Notes: a model not told the origin generated them from the letters alone. 64,000 bases of DNA from an uncultured cyanobacterium (GCA_963740315.1 CAVUDP010000002.1:800001-864000), one strand, 5' to 3'. Positions 30,793 through 41,252 are shown, counted from the first letter of the stretch. Numbers and translations: made by a program.

Positions 30793-32277
30793 TTAAACGT
30801 ATTCAAATACATTCGTATCTGTTAAATCAAGTTCGCAATAATTCACAACTGCAATTAAATCGTGAGTAGATCAATCGAATATTGCCGTACCGTTTGGTAA
30901 ACCATGTGGAGAATGTCCCAATACATAATTGCGATCGTCGCCAAATAATTGAATTTTATCTCCTTCGTACAAATCAAAATCCTTAATTAAAGCATAATCT
31001 GCGTCACCATTACCTACATAAAAAGCTTTATTTGCATCGCCTAAAACAAATAAATCGGCACCATTACCACCTGTCAGCTTATCTACTTCTCCGACACCGC
31101 TAACGCTACCGAATAAAGTATCATCTCCATCACCACCGTACAGAGTGTCATTACCACCAACAACTCCGGAATCCATTAATTGAGCATCACCGTAAAGGAT
31201 GTCATTACCGCAACCACCTATTAGTTTATCGTTCCCCGCTTGCGAGGTATCAAACATTTGTTGAGCATCACCGTACAGTATGCTGTCACCGACTTTAGCT
31301 ATTAGCTTATCGTCTCCACCTTTAGCATTACCGGACATCTTTAGAGCATCACCAAACAGACTGTTGTTATCACCTTCAGCGATCAGCTTATCATCCGCAC
31401 CTTGACCATTATCCGCCATATCTCGACTAGCATCGCCAAATAAGCCGTTATTATTACCCTTAACTATGAGTATGTCTTTCCCTGCTTTGGCTTCGTTGAT
31501 AATATCGAAACTAGTATCACCCGATAACACATTACCGTTACCTTCGACTATGAGTTTATCGTCTCCTGCTTGGCTGAAATCTCTCATGACGCTAGCATCT
31601 CCGAAGATACCATTACCATCACCTATAACTCTGAGTTTATCGTTTCCACCTTTAGCATAATCAAGCATCAGAAGAGCATCACCAAATAAACCATTGCCAT
31701 TACCAATGACTTTGAATTTATCATCTCCTGCTTGGGTATTGCCATACATCTGTTCAGCATCACCCCCTACGCTATTACGATTACCTTTAACTTCTAACTT
31801 ATCGTTTCCACCTTTGGCATTATCGAGAAGTAAACCGGGAGTATCTCCTACTAGCAGAAAATTAAAATCTCCCGTTAGCGTTAACTTATCATCTCCTCCT
31901 TTAGCATTTCCTGAAATATTTTCATTAGCATCACCTGCTATCAGATTACCAGTTCCAGTTACTGTAAGCTTATCATCTCCCCCTTTAGCATTTCCCGACA
32001 TCTCTCCGAAAGCATCACCCGCTACCCGATTACCATCACCAGTAACCGTAACTTTATCTCTTCCTCCTTGTGCATTATCAGTAATATCTAAAGCATCAGC
32101 AGAAATAGTGTTCCCGTTTCCTGTAATATCTATATTGTCATTACCACCTTTTTGATGATTGCTTAACGTACCGTCAGTATCTGCAAATACACTATCTCCA
32201 GAAATAGAAGCAGGTAAATCAGGTGTAAAATCGCTATTGTTATCGTTACCCAAGGTTGCAATATAAGTAGTTGCCAT
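30793..32277 (-). pseudogene. Ca-binding RTX-like beta-solenoid protein with an in-frame TGA 25 codons before the natural end
   Basis: About 27-28-aa GDA..M...A.GG.DKL...G.GN repeats, GG.G.D.L nonapeptides, DYALIKDF. The frame continues past the TGA (30871-30873) as STHDLIAVVNYCELDLTDTNVFEYV*. Confidence 0.75.
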
Positions 32278-33048
32278 GAGAAATAAGGTATTTTATTGAT
32301 GTTTGAAAAATTTCTAATGCAACAATTCTCACATCAAAAAATTCCAACTTTGTAAAGTTAATAGTAATAAATTGACTTTTTATTTAAAATTTTCGAGTAT
32401 TATTCCGGATAAATCAGCAAATTTATCATCTCTATTTGGAGTGCGTTATCAACGATTAAAGCTTGTAGGTTGGGTTAGACACGAAAATTAATTTGATTAA
32501 AAACGATAACCTTCAATCGTGTCGTAACCCAACATCAATATTTGAAAAAACCACAAATAATATTGGGTTACGGTGCAATTTCTAATTCATTGATTAAAAA
32601 TCATGTTTATAAAAGCATCATTACCAATTTACTCTCTATTCCCTAAATTGTAGAATGGTGCGTTATGGCTTTAATAAAATAACTTTTACTAATAAAACTT
32701 ATCGTGCCAATAACACACCCTACATCTATATTCCCTTCTGCGTTAAGAGCGTTTAGCTTGTAGGTTGGGTTAGACACGAAAATTAATTTGATTAAAAACA
32801 ATAACCTTTAATAGTGTCGTAACCCAACATTACCCAATTGAGATATTTAAGAATACTTCGTTGGAAGATGTTGAGTTACAGCGCTAACATAATTTTTTGT
32901 TGAGCATGATTATTCTTCGTGCGCCGTGAAGCTAACCTACGAACTACATATACCACTTTGATGAATCGAAATATAAAGTGATGATTTCACATTGTTGGAG
33001 ACGTAGCAGTGCTACGTCTCTACACGAGTTTTGCGTTTAATACAAAAT

Positions 33049-35934
33049 TTAACTATTAACTAATTCCTTAAACTTCTCATCTTCTGCAATTGCTTCAAAA
33101 TCTGGATCGTTGACAGCATCTTGCTTATATTTATCGTTCAATTCAATCGCTTTTTTCAGAGTCTCCACTGCTTCATCAACTTTACCTTGGTAGCTGTAAC
33201 AAATTGCTTTGTTGTAATAAGCGCTGGCGTAGTTTTCATCCATTTCCAAGGCTTTATCGAAGCTAGTCAACGCTTCTTCATCTCTTTCCAATTCAACCAA
33301 AACATAACCCCGCTTATCCCAAGCTTTGGGAGTGGGATTAAATTCAATTGCTTTATCAAAAGAAGCAACCGCATCTTCGTAACGCTCCAACATTTCCAAA
33401 GCCATACCGCGATTCATCCAAGCTACACCGTCGGAAGGCTCTACTTCTACCGCTTTATCAAAGGATTTAAAAGCATCTTCGTGACGCTGCAATTTTCCTA
33501 AAATTACGCCTTTGTCAACGATAGCTTGATGGTAATCGGGTTTAATTTTCAACGCTCGATCGAAACCAGCGATCGCATCTTCGTAGCGCTTAATTCTTCC
33601 TAAGCACATTCCCAACACAAACCAAAGTTTTTCGTTATCTGGCTGCTTTTTCACGACTTTACCAAAAGCGGTAATTGCAGCTTCATAACGCTTGATTTCC
33701 ATCAATGCTAAACCGCGATGGTACCAGCTATCGGTATGATTCGGATTAATTTCTAATACTTTATCAAATGTTGCGATCGCGTCTTCGTATTGTTTCAATT
33801 CCCACAGCGTTAAACCTTTCTGATACCAGATTTTTTCGTTTTCTGGCTGTACTTCTAAGGCTTTATCATAAGTGTCAATTGCTTCAAGGTAATTCCCGAC
33901 TGCAAATAACTCGTTACCCTGAGTAACAAATTCATCGAGATTTACAAATAACTGGGGATGATTTGATTTAAGCTTTTCTATTGGTTCGATTACTTTCTCT
34001 AACTTATGCAAGATTTCACCAACGGCAGAGTCAGCGATTTCACTCGGTGTAATTTCGGATAGCTTTTGTAATATCTGCTGCTTTTCAACTTCTGCATCAG
34101 ATTGCACTAACTTCAATTGTTCGCTTAAAGTTGATTCCAATTTATCCAACTTATCCAAACTGGAATCTTTGCGAGCGGTAATTTCCGATTGTAAAGCCGC
34201 AAGTTGTTCCTGAGCGGTTTTTTCTAATTTTTGCAGGCTTTCTAAAGTTTGATTTTGTTGAGATTGTACACCATCGGTAGAAGTTGAAATTTTGGTATTA
34301 ACTTCTTGTTCGAGATTTTGCAATAATTCGTAAGCGGAATCCTTGCGAATTTGTACCTCAGATTGTAAAACAGCGAATTGTGCCGTTAAATCGGTTTCCA
34401 ACTGCGACAAGCTTTGGAGAGTTTCTTGTCTTTGCTGTTGAATTTGCGATCGCGATTCTGTAAGTTCGGCAGTGACGGAAGTTTCGAGATTAACTACATT
34501 ATTTTGGGTTGAATTAACTTGCTCTTGAATCAAGTTTTGAGCTTGCTGCAATTCCGCATTAATTTCGTCGCGTAGTTTTTCGAGATTTTGCAGCGTTACA
34601 TCCTTTTGTTGTACCGCTTTTTCTCTCGCTTCTGCTTCAATATCATCTAATTGGGGAGCAAAATCGGTTTCTAACTTCTGTAAATTCTGTAAAATTGCAT
34701 CTTTATAAAGTTGAGCATCTTGTTGAAGTTGGGAAAGTTGATTAACAAACTCGGATTCTTTACCCGCAAATTTTTGAATAGTTCCATCTTTTTGGGTTTC
34801 CAAATCAACTTCTAATTGAGCAACCGTGCGCTCAAACTGATTCTCGGAAAGTTTTAAATTCTCGATAATCGCATCTTTTTGAGATTGTACGTGAGTCAGA
34901 ATTGCGGAAAGTTGAGGAGCAAAATTCGCTTCCAACTGCTGTAAATTCTGTAAAATTTGCTGTTGCTGCCCTTGCGTCGCCAATTGAAGTTGCTGTAACT
35001 CGCTTGTAAAGTCTGTTTGCGACTGCTTAATATTTTGTACAGTTAAATCCTTCTGTTGCTGCAAATCCGCTTGCAGTACATTTAACTTGGGTTTAAACTC
35101 CGCAGAAAGACTTTGCAAAGAAACCAAAATCAAATCCCGCTGCTGCTCTGCTACTAACTGAAGTTGCTTTAAATCGCTGACAAAATCAACTTGCGACTGC
35201 TTGAGAGTTTCCGCAACATCATTTTTCTGCCGTAAAACATCCGATTGCAACCCCTGCATCTGTGGAGCGAATTCTGCACTCAACCTTTCCAAATTTTGAA
35301 TAATCGAATTACCTTGCTGTTGAGCATTCGCTTGTACTTCCGACAACTTACCAGTAAATTCCGCATCCAACTTATTCAAAGCTTGCTTAAAAACGTTTAT
35401 TTGCGATTCAATTTCCGACAAAGCCTGTTGCTTCGACGCAGATAAATCCGCAACCAACAGCGATAAACCTTCTCGCTTACCGCCAATATCTTCACTTAAA
35501 ATTTTAGCTTCTTGATTCAACTCATCAACAGTATCTTCTGCTTCGTCAATGAGTTTTTGTACCTTTTTATTAGCGATCGCAATTCTGGTTTCTAAATCTC
35601 CCAATTCCTTAAAACGTGCTGCAACCAACTTGGTTACTTCCCGAAAAACCGCACGCCTTAACAAGAATATGGCAATAATTAACCCAATCGTTAATACAAC
35701 TAACGTAGCGAGTAGCGTATTAAATAGAAAAGCCGTTTGATTAATAAATTTATTCGTAGTTTCCTGCTGCTGCTCCAACTGTTCAATCTGCTGCTGAGTC
35801 GGAGCTTGAGCAACAACATAATTGGAATTCGGTGTTGGTTTCGCCGCCTCTACCCCAACAGACATCAAAAGGGTTGACAACATTATATTGCCGAACGAAA
35901 CCAAAGCAAATATCTTTGAATTAAAACGAGTCAC
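33049..35934 (-). CDS. Membrane-anchored long coiled-coil protein with C-terminal TPRs
   Basis: Signal plus TM segment, ~550 aa of Gln/Leu-rich heptads, about 8 TPRs (W..RG..L..L.RYE.AI..FD.A). Confidence 0.88.
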   Translation of the reverse strand: MTRFNSKIFALVSFGNIMLSTLLMSVGVEAAKPTPNSNYVVAQAPTQQQIEQLEQQQETTNKFINQTAFLFNTLLATLVVLTIGLIIAIFLLRRAVFREVTKLVAARFKELGDLETRIAIANKKVQKLIDEAEDTVDELNQEAKILSEDIGGKREGLSLLVADLSASKQQALSEIESQINVFKQALNKLDAEFTGKLSEVQANAQQQGNSIIQNLERLSAEFAPQMQGLQSDVLRQKNDVAETLKQSQVDFVSDLKQLQLVAEQQRDLILVSLQSLSAEFKPKLNVLQADLQQQKDLTVQNIKQSQTDFTSELQQLQLATQGQQQQILQNLQQLEANFAPQLSAILTHVQSQKDAIIENLKLSENQFERTVAQLEVDLETQKDGTIQKFAGKESEFVNQLSQLQQDAQLYKDAILQNLQKLETDFAPQLDDIEAEAREKAVQQKDVTLQNLEKLRDEINAELQQAQNLIQEQVNSTQNNVVNLETSVTAELTESRSQIQQQRQETLQSLSQLETDLTAQFAVLQSEVQIRKDSAYELLQNLEQEVNTKISTSTDGVQSQQNQTLESLQKLEKTAQEQLAALQSEITARKDSSLDKLDKLESTLSEQLKLVQSDAEVEKQQILQKLSEITPSEIADSAVGEILHKLEKVIEPIEKLKSNHPQLFVNLDEFVTQGNELFAVGNYLEAIDTYDKALEVQPENEKIWYQKGLTLWELKQYEDAIATFDKVLEINPNHTDSWYHRGLALMEIKRYEAAITAFGKVVKKQPDNEKLWFVLGMCLGRIKRYEDAIAGFDRALKIKPDYHQAIVDKGVILGKLQRHEDAFKSFDKAVEVEPSDGVAWMNRGMALEMLERYEDAVASFDKAIEFNPTPKAWDKRGYVLVELERDEEALTSFDKALEMDENYASAYYNKAICYSYQGKVDEAVETLKKAIELNDKYKQDAVNDPDFEAIAEDEKFKELVNS

Positions 35935-36100
35935 AACTCCCTTCCCTTGTCTGTTGGTAATTATAGTTAACGCCTATATAATAGCGGCTTTTTGGGTAGG
36001 TGTGGGAATGGGGGATTGGGAGATGGGGAGATGGGGGGATGGGGAGATGGGGGGATGGGGGGATGGGGAGATGGGGGGATGGGGGGATGGGGGGATGGGG

Positions 36101-36296
36101 AGTACTTCGACAAGTCTTACAGTGAGCTACGTCGAACTGCTCAGTAACCTTTGGGGGGATGGGGAGATGGGGGGATGGGGAGTACTTCGACAAGTCTTAC
36201 AGTGAGCTACGTCGAACTGCTCAGTAACCTTTGGGGGGATGGGGAGTACTTCGACAAGTCTTACAGTGAGCTACGTCGAACTGCTCAGTAACCTTT
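36101..36296 (+). repeat. Three tandem copies of the 52-bp element separated by STRR DNA
   Basis: Copies at 36101-36152, 36181-36232 and 36245-36296; the spacers are GGGGAT/GGGGAG repeats. Confidence 0.93.
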
Positions 36297-36348
36297 GGGG
36301 GGATGGGGAGATGGGGGGATGGGGAGATGGGGAGACAAGGGGAAATAA

Positions 36349-36770
36349 TTGTAGGGTGTGTGAGGCTTCGATGATTTTGTTGCTGGTTATAAGGAAGATA
36401 ATAGCCTCACGCACCATCTTTGAATTTTGGTGATTTTTTAATCGGTTGGTTGGAGTGCGTTAAGCGAAGTTCACCTTTATGTATCGCCTTCTGATTGTAA
36501 ATTCATTCTTGTAGGGTGTGTGAGGCTTCGATAAATTTTGTTGGTGGTTATAAGGAAGATAATAGCCTCACGCACCATCTTTGAATTTTGGTGATTTTTT
36601 AATCGGTTGGTTGGAGTGCGTTAAGCGAAGCTCACGTTTATGTATCGCCTTCTTATTGTAAATTCATTCTTGTAGGGTGTGTGACGCTTCGATTATTTTG
36701 TTGGTGGTTATAAGATAATAGCCTCACGCACCATCTTTGAATTTTGGGGATATTTTAATGGGTTGGTTGC
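36349..36770 (+). repeat. About 160-bp tandem repeat (2.6 copies) built on a GTAGGGTG REP-like hairpin
   Basis: TTGTAGGGTGTGTGA.GCTTCGAT...GCCTCACGCACCATCTTTGAATTTTGG at 36349, 36509 and 36670. Confidence 0.9.
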
Positions 36771-37171
36771 AATATTATAAGCAAAGCTCGCTTCAAGAGA
36801 AGTCAGTGCTGATACAAAAGCACTCACTAAGTTGCGTATGGTATTTGATTAAAAACTGGAAGCGGAAGTTAACAAAAATATGTCATTTAAAATACTTGTG
36901 TATTTATATGTATTTATGGCTAACTAGGTTATGTCAATGATAAATTGCAACTTACAGCAATAATTTAAAAAAAATTTATACCTCACCTTACCAAGCGTTG
37001 CATCCTTTTGTCAGTCAACGTTAACCAGATAAATAGCGTAGTAAATTTAGATATTGTCAGAAGTTTAACCGCTGCCGTTAGCGTTTCCCCTTAGTAAAAA
37101 CTGCATAAGTTGACTTCACTTTCACCCATAACTTTTATAGCAAACAGTTAAAAGTCAGGAAAACCAGGAAT

Positions 37172-37552
37172 ATGGATATTACTAATTTAGTCCCAGAATT
37201 CAACCAATACACACTTGTGCAAAAAAAATTATTTTTAGATTGGATTGAACTACCCATCGAAAATGATCGAGATGAAGAAGCTAGACAGCGTTTTCTTAAC
37301 TCATTAAATAATCCTAATGATTCTAATAATCAAGAAGATTTGAATGAAATAGAAATAAATGAAAGATTGGATTTATTGATTCAAAGAGTCGAAAATAAAG
37401 AAACAAAAACTATACAGGTACTATCTTTTCGTAGTCCTGGTAATAGAGATACAGATAGAATAAGCGATAAAACACGACTTAAAGAACGTTGCAAAGCACA
37501 GTGTGTGCAGGACTCCAATTATAGTAAATGTGTTAATGATTGTATTGGTTAA
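37172..37552 (+). CDS. Hypothetical protein with C-terminal CX3C-X7-CX3C motif
   Basis: ATG preceded by AGGAA; 126 aa; ends CKAQCVQDSNYSKCVNDCIG; overlaps the next gene. Confidence 0.7.
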   Translation: MDITNLVPEFNQYTLVQKKLFLDWIELPIENDRDEEARQRFLNSLNNPNDSNNQEDLNEIEINERLDLLIQRVENKETKTIQVLSFRSPGNRDTDRISDKTRLKERCKAQCVQDSNYSKCVNDCIG

Positions 37553-39290
37553 TGATTTTGTTGGCACAAAACTTTGTGGTAAATCCTTTAAAGGTCAGAA
37601 TCTAGCTAATGCCAATTTTCAAGGTGCTGATATTAGAGGAGTAGATTTTACTAATACTAATCTGACAAATGCCAACTTTAGTTATATAATTTCTGGAACA
37701 CAGAATTACGTCAGATTCTCTGTGTTCCTTGTTTCATTACTGCTAATAGCTATAGCAGGTATAATTTCTAAATTAGGTGGAGATGATCTCTTTCCAACAG
37801 AAGACTATTCCATATCTTATGCAATAGTCTTAGTTTCCTTATTACTGTTCTTATTTCTTACTTGCTTTAAAGGTTTTCTAGCAGGTTTATCCTCTGGAAT
37901 TGCAGTTTTACTTCCAGGATTAGTTATAGGCTTAATTGTCCCCGATCCTTTGCCTAAACTGATTCAACAAATAAGTGAAGCTTGGTTTACGGGAGTTCCA
38001 GCTTTATCTCTAATTGCAATTAGTTCCACAATTATCGCTTTAGCTACTACTGTAATTATAATTGTATTTGAGTCTGTACCTGTGGCTATCTTTATCGCTA
38101 TATGTATAGCTACGGGTTCATCTACATATTTACCAATAAGAGCATCAACATTCACTGTAGTACCTACTATAGCTATGGCAGCAAGCTATATTAGTTGGCA
38201 AGCTTCGGTTGGAAATGAAAAGTTTTTTTGGATTTACAAAAGTGCTATTTTTTTAGCTTCTATAGGTGGTACTAGCTTTCGTAATTCTAATTTAACTGAA
38301 GCTAATTTTACAGGAGCGACATTAAAAAATACAAATTTTAGAAAAGCTATTCTTACTCGTACCAAATTTCATCAAACCAAGAAATTAGATTTAGTTCGTC
38401 CTGGTTTTACCTACCTCCAAAAACCACAAGTTCGTCAATTACTAGTTACGGCACGAGGACAAAATCAAAATTTTGACCGAATCGATCTGCGAGGAGTTAA
38501 TCTTGAAAAAGCTAATTTAATCGATGCTAGTTTTATTGGTGCAGATTTAAGCGAAGCCAATTTACAAGACGCTAATTTATCCAGAGCGATATTAAAACAT
38601 ACACAGTTAGATGCAACTGACTTTACAGGTGCTACTCTCACCGGAGCTATTATAGAAGATTGGGGTATTACTAATGAAACTAAGTTTGATGGGGTGCGCT
38701 GCGAGTACGTTTATATGCGACTTCCCACTAAAGTAAATCCCGATCCTTGGCGCAAACCAGATAACAATGCAGAAGTATTTGCTGATGGTGAATTTGGCGA
38801 TTTTATTAAACCAATAGTTGATACACTCGATCTTTACCACAAACAAAATGTCGATCCCCGTGCGATCGCAATTTCATTCAAGCAGTTAACACAAAACAAT
38901 CCTGATGCTCAACTGCGACTTGTCGGGATGGAAGCAAAAGGTGATGATAAATTTTTACTTCGTCTTAAAACTGCACCTGCTACTGATAAGTCGGAATTAA
39001 GTGCAGAATATTTTGAAACTTACAATCGTGTTAAAGCTTTAGCACAGCAAGAAATCCAAGCGCTATTAGCAGAAAAAGACAATCGAATTGTTAGTTTAGA
39101 AAGTATAATAAGTACGGCGTTACAACGTCCTAATTTTTATTCAAATACTTCAATAGAAAAAGTAGATAATATAAGCAATCAACCAGGTGGAATCTCTCAA
39201 AACATCAGTGGTGGAGAAGTACATGGTGGTATGCAAGCCGTACAAGGCGATCGCAATCAACAAGCAATGGATTCTCAATCCAAAATCTAA
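37503..39290 (+). CDS. Pentapeptide repeat membrane protein (probable start near 37536-37545; 3' end possibly truncated)
   Basis: A(D/N)LXX repeats flank about 6 TM segments; C.YVY.R...RKP....F..GEF..F motif. Confidence 0.88.
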   Translation: MCRTPIIVNVLMIVLVNDFVGTKLCGKSFKGQNLANANFQGADIRGVDFTNTNLTNANFSYIISGTQNYVRFSVFLVSLLLIAIAGIISKLGGDDLFPTEDYSISYAIVLVSLLLFLFLTCFKGFLAGLSSGIAVLLPGLVIGLIVPDPLPKLIQQISEAWFTGVPALSLIAISSTIIALATTVIIIVFESVPVAIFIAICIATGSSTYLPIRASTFTVVPTIAMAASYISWQASVGNEKFFWIYKSAIFLASIGGTSFRNSNLTEANFTGATLKNTNFRKAILTRTKFHQTKKLDLVRPGFTYLQKPQVRQLLVTARGQNQNFDRIDLRGVNLEKANLIDASFIGADLSEANLQDANLSRAILKHTQLDATDFTGATLTGAIIEDWGITNETKFDGVRCEYVYMRLPTKVNPDPWRKPDNNAEVFADGEFGDFIKPIVDTLDLYHKQNVDPRAIAISFKQLTQNNPDAQLRLVGMEAKGDDKFLLRLKTAPATDKSELSAEYFETYNRVKALAQQEIQALLAEKDNRIVSLESIISTALQRPNFYSNTSIEKVDNISNQPGGISQNISGGEVHGGMQAVQGDRNQQAMDSQSKI

Positions 39291-39298
39291 AACCTAAA

Positions 39299-39490
39299 AT
39301 GACCCAAAATTGGTTCGACAACGTATACATCAAAGCTCAAGGTGACTCTAAGCAAGTTCCTTGGGCTAACATAAGTGCAAATGTCTATCTCACAGATTGG
39401 TTAAATCAACATCCATTCAATCTTTACATTTAAAACTGCGATACGCGAAGCAATGGAAGCTGTTGCTCAATTAGTCGCTGAAAATGAAGA
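39299..39490 (+). pseudogene. Internally deleted duplicate of the 41253 methyltransferase gene
   Basis: DNA matches 41253-41369 (MTQNWFDNVY.KAQGDS.QVPWAN), then jumps to the equivalent of about 41599-41668. Confidence 0.88.
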
Positions 39491-39493
39491 ATC

Positions 39494-40036
39494 TCAACCC
39501 AACAACCTCCCCGGCAAACCCTTCACCGCTCTTTCAAAAGGTTCGATATCATCCAAAATTCTCACTAAAACCAGCGCTCCTTGAATTTGAGCAATCGCAT
39601 CTTGCGACCTAATTTGGGCAACTTCCGCTTCAATCCCTGCATCTACCAACACTTGAGCTAAGGTTTTGATCGTCAATTCCAACTTTGCTTTTACTCTGTC
39701 ATGAAACAGGTTATCGGCTTCACCAAATGACATTATCGCCAAAAAACAAGAATTTCTCCCCGAATCGTAAAACTCTCGCAAACTATTGCAAGCAGCTTGA
39801 ATCTTAGCAGCAGGTTCACCTTCTCCCCGCAAAGTCTTCAGCACCAAGCTACCAAAACCAATACCCACATACTCAAATACAGCAGCAGCCATTTCCGATT
39901 TACCACCAGGAAAGTAATGGTAAAGGCTGGCTTTTCCTAATCCGCTCGCTTTTGACAGCAAGGATAGACTAGCACCTTCATAACCATGCTTCCTAAATGC
40001 TGGAATTAATTTGACAATCGCTTCTTCTCTGGTCAT
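39494..40036 (-). CDS. TetR/AcrR family transcriptional regulator
   Basis: F...GYEGASL..L....GLGKASLYHYFPGGK HTH. Confidence 0.95.
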   Translation of the reverse strand: MTREEAIVKLIPAFRKHGYEGASLSLLSKASGLGKASLYHYFPGGKSEMAAAVFEYVGIGFGSLVLKTLRGEGEPAAKIQAACNSLREFYDSGRNSCFLAIMSFGEADNLFHDRVKAKLELTIKTLAQVLVDAGIEAEVAQIRSQDAIAQIQGALVLVRILDDIEPFERAVKGLPGRLLG

Positions 40037-40057
40037 TTACAACTATTTTTGGCTGTA

Positions 40058-40116
40058 TTGACATTTTACCCAACAATCGGTACGGTTTTTTATAACCTCT
40101 AAACCGAACGTTCGGT
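40058..40116 (+). promoter_or_regulatory. Promoter and palindromic TetR operator candidates
   Basis: TTGACA (40058)-17 bp-TACGGT. Perfect palindrome ACCGAACGTTCGGT (40103-40116) and an imperfect copy ACCCAACAATCGGT (40068-40081). Confidence 0.7.
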
Positions 40117-40123
40117 ACAAAAA

Positions 40124-41143
40124 ATGAGAATAATTGATTACGAACATATAGGGATTCGGGTGAGCGATCGCGTTGAAGCTTTAGAATTTTACGAAAAGCT
40201 GGGATTTATCGAAGAGGAGTATTTTCCCAAACATCAAGCCAGCGAGTTAGTTACAGCCGATGGCGTTTATATTAATTTGATTTTTAATGGAGCAAAACGC
40301 GATGGTAACATCTTGATGGATGAACCGATTAAGTATCCAGGAATTACTCATCCAGCTTTTATTGTGGATGATTTGGATCGACTGTTAGAAAAATTAGAAC
40401 AAGAGAATATTCAAGTCACCGAAGGACCAAAATATATTGGAGAGCGCCGTAGAGCTTGTTTCATTCGCGATCCTGATGGCAACGTATTAGAGTTCGACCA
40501 AATTTATCCATCCACGGCACAACAAGAGACTCAAATTTCGACTATGAAACTATATGATTTAGAGCTTTCAGGAAACTGCTACAAAATACGTTTATTTTTA
40601 TCTTTAATGAATGTAAAATATGAGCTTGTGCCCGTCGATTTCATGGCTGGACAACATAAATCACCAGAATTTTTGCAGTTAAATCCTTTCGGACAAATCC
40701 CAATATTAGAAGATGACGATTTAATTTTGAGAGATTCCCAAGCAATTTTAGTTTATCTAGCTAAAAAACATGGTGGAGAAGCGTGGTTTCCTAGCGATGC
40801 TGCGGGAATGGCACAGGTAATTCAATGGTTATCAACAGCAGCGAACGAAATTGCTCGCGGTGTTGCTGATGCAAGGTTGAGCAAAAAATTTGGTTTTGCG
40901 ATTGACTTAGATGCAGCGCAGAAAAAAGCAGAGTCAATTTTAAATCTTATCGAACAACATTTAACTAAAAATCAATGGTTAGCTTTAAATCGTCCTACCA
41001 TTGCCGATATTGCTTGTTTTCCCTATATTGCTTTAGCGCCAGAAGGTGGTGTGATGTTAGACAAATATCCTGCTATAAATCAATGGTGCGATCGCATTAA
41101 AAAACTACCCAATTTCATTGAAATGCCTGGAATCAGCAAGTAA
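40124..41143 (+). CDS. VOC/glyoxalase - glutathione S-transferase fusion protein
   Basis: HIGIRVSD...FY..LGF...F.RDPDGNVLEF, then MKLY...SGNCYK.RL...NP.GQIP.L.D...L.DS.AIL.YLA...TIADIA.FPY. Confidence 0.9.
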   Translation: MRIIDYEHIGIRVSDRVEALEFYEKLGFIEEEYFPKHQASELVTADGVYINLIFNGAKRDGNILMDEPIKYPGITHPAFIVDDLDRLLEKLEQENIQVTEGPKYIGERRRACFIRDPDGNVLEFDQIYPSTAQQETQISTMKLYDLELSGNCYKIRLFLSLMNVKYELVPVDFMAGQHKSPEFLQLNPFGQIPILEDDDLILRDSQAILVYLAKKHGGEAWFPSDAAGMAQVIQWLSTAANEIARGVADARLSKKFGFAIDLDAAQKKAESILNLIEQHLTKNQWLALNRPTIADIACFPYIALAPEGGVMLDKYPAINQWCDRIKKLPNFIEMPGISK

Positions 41144-41252
41144 CTAACTAATTCATAACCCCTGCCACGGTGGGTTTTGCCTGTGTAGCAGCGGTAACAA
41201 AGCGCCAGATTAATTAACAAATATCCCCCTAATCCAAACCCCAAAACCTAAA

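Noticed and set aside
30871..30873. Selenocysteine recoding of the in-frame TGA
   Set aside because: The position is not a catalytic Cys site, no convincing SECIS hairpin is visible and no sel genes are in view.
32404..32409. DIF1 motif TCCGGA upstream of the RTX-like gene
   Set aside because: No GTA-type -10 element lies 18 nt downstream on the coding strand; a lone hexamer is expected by chance.
36101..36296. CRISPR array
   Set aside because: The repeats are 52 bp, the spacers are 28 and 12 nt of low-complexity STRR, single copies occur elsewhere, and no cas genes are present.
35822..36433. Gly/Pro-rich ORFs (GDGEMGGW, PHLPIP)
   Set aside because: They are translations of STRR tracts and the 52-bp element. 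The same applies to 7328-7534, 24368-24562, 45154-45336 and 53351-53602.
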